Origin: an uncultured Planctomycetaceae bacterium
Lineage (GTDB): Bacteria > Planctomycetota > Planctomycetia > Planctomycetales > Planctomycetaceae
Reading direction: 5' to 3'
Length of the DNA stretch: 64,000 bases
Assembly: GCA_963815195.1 (NCBI GenBank)
Contig: CAWFGE010000010.1
Coordinates: 352,001 to 416,000 of the forward strand
Shown here piece after piece: positions 52,106 through 60,219 of the stretch. Position numbers and translations under genes: made by a program. Numbering within the stretch: the stretch's first letter is position 1; the number at the start of each line of letters is the position of its first letter. A model generated the notes under the pieces. That model was not told the DNA's origin, did not search any database, and was given only the letters and a program-made list of their open reading frames with translations.

Positions 52106-53827
52106 CTATTCCGTATCGGGTGACGTGTTCACTGCCGTCTCCACTGGCTCCAGCGTGATCTGGGTGAATTTGAAGACTGCCGGATTATGGCCGCCGATCA
52201 TGAGCGGCTCGTCGGATTGTCCAGGCAATCGCTTGAGTTGAGCAAAATCGCCCGACCAGGAATAAATCTCTTGATCGTTCGCGGTGACCCTCAGGCGATC
52301 TTTTTGCACCCAGAATGCCAGATCGACCGCCAGCCGAGGCGTTAAAACGCCCCCAAGCCGTTTCGGCGAATCCCAACCGATGCCCGCGTGCATTCCCGGG
52401 TATTTCGACGAAGTGGCATCGATGAAGAAGTTAAACCGCGAGTTTCCAGAAGCCAGGCCCACAAGCAATAAACCGGGCTGGCGCATATAGCGCTCCACCC
52501 GCAGCCGCAGACAGTAGCTTTCCGGAAGCGGACGGGAAAGGGGAACGGCCAAGGCAAAGAACGGGGTCTTATTCTCAGGCTGGGATCCCAAAATCGCATT
52601 CCCTTCTTTCCGCCAATCTCCCTTTTCGGCTTTGGAGACATCAATCGCCTCGATCAAATCGATGCGGTTGGCGCCTTCTTTCGGCTGATTCACCTGTTGC
52701 GGATCGATCTGTTTCTTTTGGCCATCTTGTGAGCCGCCGCCGATCTCCGGTTTGGCCTTCGTGCTTCCAATCGCATGCCAAATCCCCCATCCGCCAACGA
52801 GCGCCAGGACAATCAACCCGATCCAGGCCAATTTTCCAAAACGAAAGGCGGGTAATGCGGTTGCATCGTCATCGGAGGGTAAGGCAATGGTGTCATCGTT
52901 CCCGGTGGAGTTCGATGGGGAATTTTCCCGCCACTCGGCATCCATCTCTTTGAGGGCCGTCAGCACGGCGTCGGCGGAGGCGGGCCGGTCGTCGCGAGAT
53001 TTTTGGAGCAGATCGTCGATCAAATTCGAGAGCCGTTGGGGAACGGCCGGATTGACCACGCTCGGCGAAAGCTGTTGTTCCGATGTGATCGCCGCGATCA
53101 CGCCGAAAATGCCCTCGGCCTGAAACGGCAATCGCCCCGTCACCATGCGATACAGCACGCAGCCGAAGCTGAACAGATCCGAGCGCTCATCCACCGTCTC
53201 GCCGCGGGCTTGCTCGGGCGACATGTAAGCCGGCGTGCCCAACAAGGCCCCGTCCTGGGTGAGTTTGGTCAGGTTCCCGGTACTGTGATACGCCAGGCCG
53301 AAATCGAGGAGCTTGATCCGCCCGTTCGTGCCAATCCAAATGTTCGCGGGTTTGATGTCGCGATGGATCACCCCCGCCGCATGGGCGGCCGCCAAGCCTC
53401 GCGCGATTTGTTTCCCGATGGAAAACGTCTGCGCCACGTTCGCCCGCCGATCCGGCCTGAGCCACTCTTCGAGCGATTTGCCTTCCAGATGCTCCATCGC
53501 GAGAAACGGCGTGCCCTGGTCCTCGCCGACTTGATAGATCGTGACAATGTTCTCGTGCTTGAGTGCGGCGGCCGCACGGGCCTCCCGGAAAAACCGCACC
53601 CGCGCTTCGTCATCCTCGGCAAAATTCTGGTTGAGCGTTTTGAGAGCCACCGTGCGGTTGAGTTGCTCGTCCGTCGCCAGATAAACGCAGCCCATGCCGC
53701 CCCGGCCCAGCATGCGTTTGATGCGATAGGGTCCCAGCATCTCCGGCGAAGCCCCCGCGGAATGTTCCGTGGCCATCTCGCCCGATGAGTTGGGCGAAGG
53801 CGGTTTCAAATCGAAATCCGACGACAT
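52106..53827 (-). CDS. Transmembrane Ser/Thr protein kinase, copy A
   Basis: Kinase domain almost identical to copy B; linker, TM and C-domain diverged. Confidence 0.92.
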   Translation of the reverse strand: MSSDFDLKPPSPNSSGEMATEHSAGASPEMLGPYRIKRMLGRGGMGCVYLATDEQLNRTVALKTLNQNFAEDDEARVRFFREARAAAALKHENIVTIYQVGEDQGTPFLAMEHLEGKSLEEWLRPDRRANVAQTFSIGKQIARGLAAAHAAGVIHRDIKPANIWIGTNGRIKLLDFGLAYHSTGNLTKLTQDGALLGTPAYMSPEQARGETVDERSDLFSFGCVLYRMVTGRLPFQAEGIFGVIAAITSEQQLSPSVVNPAVPQRLSNLIDDLLQKSRDDRPASADAVLTALKEMDAEWRENSPSNSTGNDDTIALPSDDDATALPAFRFGKLAWIGLIVLALVGGWGIWHAIGSTKAKPEIGGGSQDGQKKQIDPQQVNQPKEGANRIDLIEAIDVSKAEKGDWRKEGNAILGSQPENKTPFFALAVPLSRPLPESYCLRLRVERYMRQPGLLLVGLASGNSRFNFFIDATSSKYPGMHAGIGWDSPKRLGGVLTPRLAVDLAFWVQKDRLRVTANDQEIYSWSGDFAQLKRLPGQSDEPLMIGGHNPAVFKFTQITLEPVETAVNTSPDTE

Positions 53828-54001
53828 GCGATCACCCTTGGAAAGGTGGAAAAGACTGGAACTGGAGCGGCGATCTTGAAGCTTTCAGCATATCGCCTGA
53901 TGTGGTTTTCGGCTACGGATAATTGAGCCGGTTCGTTGCTCTTTTCGGCCCGGTCGCCTACGCTAAACCCAGTCCATCTTGTTCGCGTATTCCTGGGAGA
54001 G

Positions 54002-57000
54002 ATGATGTTAATGATCCGTTTGCTGGCCGTCGTGGGAATCTTGGGGAACATCGCCGCCGGTTCCTCTGTCTTCGCCCAAAACGCCGAGCCTTTCTCGTTC
54101 AAGAAGGGCGACCACATTTGCTCTATCGGGAACACCTTGGCCGACCGCATGCAGCACCACGGCTGGCTGGAAACGCTCATCCAAAGCCGATTTCCCGACC
54201 ACGAACTCGTGTTTCGGAACCTGGGCTTTTCGGCGGATGAACTCACCGTCCGCCCGCGCTCGGACAACTTCGGCTCCCCCGACAAGCATCTCGCCTTCTC
54301 CAAAGCCGACGTGATCTTCGCCTTCTTCGGCTATAACGAATCCTTTAACGGAGAGGCCGGCCTCCCGGCGTTCCGCAAACAGCTCGCGGACTTCATCGAC
54401 CACACGCTCAGCCAGAAATACAACGGCAAATCGGCCCCGCGTTTGGTCCTCTTCTCGCCGATCGCTTACGAAGACACGGGCAATCCCAACCTGCCCGACG
54501 GCAAGGAAAATAATGCCCGCCTCAAACTCTACACCCAGGCGATGGCCGAGGTCGCGAAAGAAAAAAAGGTGCCGTTTGTCGATCTCTATCATCCGACCTC
54601 GGCTGTCTACGCCCAGACCAAACAGCCGCTGACGATCAACGGGATTCATCTCACCTTGGAAGGCAATCGCCGGTTGGCGGAGATCATCGAACAAGCTCTG
54701 TTCGGCAAGACGGTCCCGCCCGGCGAGGAGACTTTGGAAACGCTTCGGACCGCGGTGCTCGATAAGAATTTGCACTGGTTCAACCGCTACCGCGTGACCG
54801 ACGGCTACAACGTTTACGGCGGCCGGTCGAAGACGGGCGACTACGACGGCCAGACCAACGCGACGATCATGCAGCGCGAGTGGGAAATCCTCGATGTGAA
54901 AACCGCCAACCGCGATCGCAAAATCTGGGCGCTCGCCCGGGGCAGCGACTATACGGTCGATGACAGCAACGCCCCGCCGCCACTCACCATCAAAACCAAT
55001 CGCCCCGGCCCCAACCCCGACGGTTCGCATCCGTTCTTGAGCGGAAAGGACGCCATCGCCGAGATGACGGTGCACACCGGGATGAGCATCAATCTCTTTG
55101 CGTCCGAAGAAACGTTTCCCGAGTTCATCAACCCCGTGCAGGCTTCGGTCGATGCCGACGGCCGGTTGTGGGTCGCGGCGTGGCCGACCTATCCGCATTG
55201 GAATCCGAGGAAGGAAATGAACGACAAGCTGCTGATCCTGCCCGACGACGACGGCGACGGCGTGGCCGACCGCTGCATCACCTTTGCCGACCATCTGCAC
55301 AACCCCACCGGCTTCGAGTTTTGGAACGGCGGCGTGATCGTCGCCCAGGCCCCGGATTTGATGTTCCTCAAAGACACCGACGGCGACGACAAAGCCGACG
55401 TCCGCTTGCGGATCCTGCACGGCATCGACTCCGCCGACACACACCACACCGCGAACTCGTTCGTCATCGATCCCGCGGGCTGGCTGTATTTCCAGCGCGG
55501 CGTGTTTCACGTGACCAATGTCGAAACGCCTTGGCAAAAGCCCTTTCGCTCCAATAGCACGGGGCTGTATCGCTTTAATCCCCGCAGCTTTCAGATCGAA
55601 TACCATTTCTCCGTCGGCCCCAATCCGCACGGCGACGTGATCGACCGCTGGGGCAACCAGTTTGTCAGCGACGGCACCAGCGGCACGGGCTATTACGTCG
55701 GCTTTCCCCGGAAGCCTGCTCCCAAGCAGCTTTACGTCAAGCAATACCGACCGGTGCCGGGAACGGGCCTGATCTCCGGCAGCCACTTCCCCGAAAAGCT
55801 GCAAGGCAATCTGCTGATCACCAACGCCATCGGCTTTCAAGGCGTGGCGCAATATCAGTTTGTCGATCAAGGGGCGAGCTTCCACTGCGAACCGGTGGAG
55901 CCGATCGTGTTTTCGAAAGACCCCAACTTCCGCCCGACCGCGGTGGAAATCGGCGGCGACGGTGCGCTTTATATCACCGACTGGCAAAACCCCTTGATCG
56001 GCCACTTGCAGCATAACCTCCGCGATCCCAACCGCGATCACCGCCACGGCCGGATTTATCGCGTGACCGTCAACGGCCGGCCGCTGCGGAAACCCGTCAC
56101 GATGGCCGGTCAACCGATTGCGGAACTCCTCGAGCACATGAAGTCCGACGAGGACGACATCCGCTACCGGGCGAGGCTGGAACTCAGCGGCCGTGAAAGC
56201 CAAGCCGTCGCGGACGCTGCCGCCAAATTCGCCGCGGGCCTGGACGCACGGGACACGAAGGCCGCAATGCCTTTGACCGAGGCGCTTTGGCTGCATCAAC
56301 AACACAAGATCGTCAACGAAGCACTGCTACGAAAAGTGCTCACATCTCCTGAACCCAATGCGCGAGCCGCCGCCACGAAGGTGCTGCGGGAATGGCATCC
56401 GCAGATAAAGAACGCCGGTTCGCTGCTGATCCAGTTGGCCTCGGATGAAAATCCCCGCGTCCGCGCCCAAGCCGTGGTCGCGGCGACGTATTATCAAGGC
56501 CCGGATGCAGCGGAGGTCGTGTTTGCCGCGGAACTGTTGCCGCAGGATTTGCAGATCACGGCCGACCTCAAAGAGGCCCGCAGCATCTTGAATGTCGATC
56601 AATATATTCGCGACGCGATCGCCGACAACAAAAAGCTTTCCAAGGCCGCCCAGCTCTCTATGCTCAAAAATGCGAGCGTCAATGAACTCGTCAAGCTGGA
56701 GCCGAGCGAAGCGGTGTACCTGGCGATCCTTTCGCGTCAAAACGTGCCTGCCGAGCATCTGCGCTATGCGCTCGGCGGTTTGGCGAAGTTCCAGAAATCG
56801 AGCGACCTGGACTTGTTGATGAAACTCATCGGCGATCTGGACGCGAACGAGCAAGCGGCGAGTCTGAACGGACCGACTGCGCTTTTAATGGAACGTTCGC
56901 CCGCGGAACTCGCGGGCGTCAAGGAGGCACTTAAGAAACTCGCCACCAAGGGAACAACAGGCGAAGCCCGCAAACTGGGTTTCGCCGCTTGGATGACCGC

Positions 57001-58939
57001 CGCCGGTGCTCCGGGCGATGCGTTCGCAAGCGCCACGCAGGACAAAGCCGGTGTGAAACTTTGGCTCGAATCACTTTCCCTCTTAAGAGACGACAAGCTC
57101 CGCGGGCAACTGTATGAGACCGTGCAGCCGCTGCTGTTTTCGCTGCCGGCGAATTTGGAGCAGGAATCGGGCACGTCCGCGATTGCATCCAGCGGGATTC
57201 ATGTGGATTTCTTCCAGCCCAACCCGCGAAACGTCGCCGTCGAAACCTTGGCCCAACTCAAGCCCCAGGCGAGCGGGATCGTGTCCGACATTCGCATGGA
57301 TGTCCCGCAACTCAAAACGCGGGACGGGTTTGCCCTCCGGTTTACGGGACTGATCCATATCGACCGCGGAGGCAGATATACCTTCTTTACCCGCTCGGAT
57401 GATGGATCCCGGCTCTACATCGGCGATGAATTGGTCGTCAACAACGACGGGCTGCACGGGATGTCCGAAAAGAAAGGCAGCATTCAGCTTTCGCCGGGCT
57501 TTCATCCGATCACCGTCACCTACTTCGACAACGGCGGCGGAGATGGGCTCGAAGTCTCCTGGTCCGGCCGAGGCATGCGGAAAGGGGCCATCCCGGCGGA
57601 AAAGCTCTCCGTCAGCGGCGGCGAAACGCTGCACGATGTGGCGATCGGCACCTTGCAATCGCTCCCCGGTCCCAAGGCCGAGATGTTCCGCGATCTGGCG
57701 ACGTTGATCAAATCCGGTCGCAATCGCACGAGCGCGATCCGCGCGATTCGGCAGATTCCCAAAGAGGATTGGCAAAAAGACCAGGCGAGACCGTTGGTCG
57801 ACAATCTGACCGCCTACCTCACCGAGATCCCCGCCCGCTACCGCACCGGAGCGGTGGCGATGGATGCCCTCGGTCTGGCCAAGGAACTCGCCGAGCGATT
57901 GCCGGCCGATCAAGCCCGCACCGCAAAAGAACGCCTGGAAAACCTGGACGTGCGGGTGATCGCGATCGGCACGGTGCCGCATCGGATGATTTATGACAAG
58001 GAACGGATCGTCGCCCTAGCCGGGCAGCCGGTGGAGTTTCGCTTCTCCAATTCCGACAGCATGCCGCACAACTTCGCGATCACTTTACCAGGCGCGATGG
58101 AAGAGATCGGCCTGTTGGCCGAAGCCACGGCCCGCGATGCCGACGCGATGGCGCGGAGCTACATCCCCAAGTCGAACAAAATCCTCATGGGCAGCCGGCT
58201 CTTGCAAACCGGGGAGTCGCAGGCTCTGAGTTTTGAAGTGCCCAAGCAGCCGGGCGTCTATCCCTATGTCTGCACCTATCCCGGCCACTGGCGGCGAATG
58301 TATGGGGCGCTTTATGTCGTGGAGAACCTCGCCGACTACCAGGCCGACCCCGCGAACTATTTGGCCCAGCATCCGCTCAAAATTCAGGATGAACTCTTAA
58401 ACCTCATCGGCAAGTCCCGCGAGTGGGAAGTGGAAGAGCTTTTGGAGTCCGTCAAGCCGTTGGCCGAGGGGCGGTCCTATGAAGTCGGCTATAACGCCTT
58501 CAAAGTCGCGAGCTGCATCGCCTGCCATAAGATGGGTTCCGAAGGCCAGCAAGTCGGCCCGGAGCTGTCCAAGCTCGACGAGAAAAAGACCAACGCCGAG
58601 CACATCCTGCGTTCGCTCTTAACGCCATCGGAAAAAATCGAGGAGAAGTACCAGACTTATACGTTTCTCCTCGCCTCCGGCCAGACGGTGACGGGGATGA
58701 TCCTCGAAGAAAAACCCGAGGGTATCGAGATCATCGAAAACCCGCTCGCCAAGACCAAGCCGCTGGTGATTCAGAAATCGGACATCGAATTGCGCAAAAA
58801 GTCGGAAAAATCCCTGATGCCCGAAGGCCTCGTCAACAAGCTCACCCGCGAAGAGATCCTGGACTTAATCGCCTATGTGGTGAGCAAAGGCGATAAAAAC
58901 CATAAACTCTTCAAAGGCCACGAGGGGCATCAGCACTAG
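54002..58939 (+). CDS. PVC-type heme-binding CxxCH protein: SGNH-like, beta-propeller dehydrogenase-like, HEAT, PA14, azurin-like Cu and cytochrome c domains
   Basis: Signal peptide, IGNTLADR/NGIH, DTDGDDKAD, FRPTAVEIGGDGALYITDW, SDDGSRL..NNDGLHG (PA14), PHN...CTYPGHWRRM, CIACH, KSLMPEGL. Confidence 0.9.
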   Translation: MMLMIRLLAVVGILGNIAAGSSVFAQNAEPFSFKKGDHICSIGNTLADRMQHHGWLETLIQSRFPDHELVFRNLGFSADELTVRPRSDNFGSPDKHLAFSKADVIFAFFGYNESFNGEAGLPAFRKQLADFIDHTLSQKYNGKSAPRLVLFSPIAYEDTGNPNLPDGKENNARLKLYTQAMAEVAKEKKVPFVDLYHPTSAVYAQTKQPLTINGIHLTLEGNRRLAEIIEQALFGKTVPPGEETLETLRTAVLDKNLHWFNRYRVTDGYNVYGGRSKTGDYDGQTNATIMQREWEILDVKTANRDRKIWALARGSDYTVDDSNAPPPLTIKTNRPGPNPDGSHPFLSGKDAIAEMTVHTGMSINLFASEETFPEFINPVQASVDADGRLWVAAWPTYPHWNPRKEMNDKLLILPDDDGDGVADRCITFADHLHNPTGFEFWNGGVIVAQAPDLMFLKDTDGDDKADVRLRILHGIDSADTHHTANSFVIDPAGWLYFQRGVFHVTNVETPWQKPFRSNSTGLYRFNPRSFQIEYHFSVGPNPHGDVIDRWGNQFVSDGTSGTGYYVGFPRKPAPKQLYVKQYRPVPGTGLISGSHFPEKLQGNLLITNAIGFQGVAQYQFVDQGASFHCEPVEPIVFSKDPNFRPTAVEIGGDGALYITDWQNPLIGHLQHNLRDPNRDHRHGRIYRVTVNGRPLRKPVTMAGQPIAELLEHMKSDEDDIRYRARLELSGRESQAVADAAAKFAAGLDARDTKAAMPLTEALWLHQQHKIVNEALLRKVLTSPEPNARAAATKVLREWHPQIKNAGSLLIQLASDENPRVRAQAVVAATYYQGPDAAEVVFAAELLPQDLQITADLKEARSILNVDQYIRDAIADNKKLSKAAQLSMLKNASVNELVKLEPSEAVYLAILSRQNVPAEHLRYALGGLAKFQKSSDLDLLMKLIGDLDANEQAASLNGPTALLMERSPAELAGVKEALKKLATKGTTGEARKLGFAAWMTAAGAPGDAFASATQDKAGVKLWLESLSLLRDDKLRGQLYETVQPLLFSLPANLEQESGTSAIASSGIHVDFFQPNPRNVAVETLAQLKPQASGIVSDIRMDVPQLKTRDGFALRFTGLIHIDRGGRYTFFTRSDDGSRLYIGDELVVNNDGLHGMSEKKGSIQLSPGFHPITVTYFDNGGGDGLEVSWSGRGMRKGAIPAEKLSVSGGETLHDVAIGTLQSLPGPKAEMFRDLATLIKSGRNRTSAIRAIRQIPKEDWQKDQARPLVDNLTAYLTEIPARYRTGAVAMDALGLAKELAERLPADQARTAKERLENLDVRVIAIGTVPHRMIYDKERIVALAGQPVEFRFSNSDSMPHNFAITLPGAMEEIGLLAEATARDADAMARSYIPKSNKILMGSRLLQTGESQALSFEVPKQPGVYPYVCTYPGHWRRMYGALYVVENLADYQADPANYLAQHPLKIQDELLNLIGKSREWEVEELLESVKPLAEGRSYEVGYNAFKVASCIACHKMGSEGQQVGPELSKLDEKKTNAEHILRSLLTPSEKIEEKYQTYTFLLASGQTVTGMILEEKPEGIEIIENPLAKTKPLVIQKSDIELRKKSEKSLMPEGLVNKLTREEILDLIAYVVSKGDKNHKLFKGHEGHQH

Positions 58940-59742
58940 CCGCCCTGGAGGATGCGTTGGGCCAGTTGGTTATAGGTCTGGTTGACCAGCTGGGCCTCTC
59001 TATTGAGGAAAGCGCGTTGCGGAGAGATATTGAACGGTTCCACGACCTGCCGCCAGGCCCGCTGAAGGTCCGAAAAACTCTGGCTGAAGAGCGCGGGATT
59101 GTTGTTTCGTTCCACCACTTGACGAAAACGCCGCGCGGTCCCGGCGAAGGTCCGGATCGAATTTTGCAATCGCCAATCGATCGCCCGATTTGATAAAATC
59201 CGATTCGCGCGGTACGCCAAGTATTGGGACTCACGTTCCAAGGCCCGGGCGTCGCGGACGATGGCTAACCCGTTGCCGGCGGCTCCAACGTTCGCGGAAA
59301 TCGCAGCGTGGACCTGGTCGTCGGCGAACTGGACGCGGGCGGCATCCCGCACAATCACACCCCACGCCTGACCCTGACCCGGCCGCCGGATCTCAAGATT
59401 CCGAAACAATTGACGAAGCTGGCCATCGAGATTCTGTAAATCCTGAGAGAGAGACTGCCGGCCTACGCCCGCTTTGAGGGAGCGGTCGAAGTGCCGCGCG
59501 GCTTCCAATGCGGCACCTGCTTCCCGAGACACGTTCCGGGTATTCGGCCCCCGCACGTCGATGGACAAATGCTGATGGAGTTGCGCCAACTCGCTGACGA
59601 GTTGGGTGGACCACTGGCTGACGTCCCCGGATTGTTGTTGGCCGTAGCCAATCGCGGGGCCCTGGGCATCGGCGGTTTGCCTCGTAAGCAGGATGAACGA
59701 CAAGCCGCAGAGGACCAGCGCCTTTTGAATCGAAATGGACAT
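58936..59742 (-). CDS. Secreted hypothetical helical-repeat protein
   Basis: Signal peptide ending ADA-Q; two internal repeats (AARHFDRSL / TARRFRQVV); GAGGAG RBS. Confidence 0.7.
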   Translation of the reverse strand: MSISIQKALVLCGLSFILLTRQTADAQGPAIGYGQQQSGDVSQWSTQLVSELAQLHQHLSIDVRGPNTRNVSREAGAALEAARHFDRSLKAGVGRQSLSQDLQNLDGQLRQLFRNLEIRRPGQGQAWGVIVRDAARVQFADDQVHAAISANVGAAGNGLAIVRDARALERESQYLAYRANRILSNRAIDWRLQNSIRTFAGTARRFRQVVERNNNPALFSQSFSDLQRAWRQVVEPFNISPQRAFLNREAQLVNQTYNQLAQRILQGG

Positions 59743-60219
59743 GGTTCTCTCCTCGATTCGTTTGATGTAATGCCTTTACATTCATCTGATGTTCTGCCCA
59801 AGCGAGCGATGCACGCTTTGGATTGGGCCTTATACTTCCATTTTAGCCGCTTGGAAGCAGGCTCCTACCGGAGAAATCAACGTCCCCGGCTGCGGTGGAT
59901 CTCCAGACTCCCAATAGGGAATTTTCGAGCCGCCCACCGCGGGGGGTCGGGATTTGTCGACATCGACGAACATGCGATTAATCCTAACCCGGACGAGCCG
60001 GCGGAACATTCTCGATCCGCGTTTTTGGCAACGCATTTCCCTGCTCCCGTCTTTTCCGCGTTGACCGGAAGAAGGCGGATTTTCGGCAACGGGAGAATTT
60101 TGAAAAAAACCCTCAGGATGACTACTTCCTGTTTGCACGGGGAAATCCCTGTGGTTACCGTATTATGTACGCCCTCTCTGTACATCCACTACAACTCTTC
60201 GGGTCGGTGGAGTCTCTCG

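Noticed and set aside
59491..60219. N-terminal extension of the adhesin ORF from 59491
   Set aside because: It overlaps the opposite-strand gene and reads as non-protein-like; the signal region begins at ATG 60220 after a GGAG.
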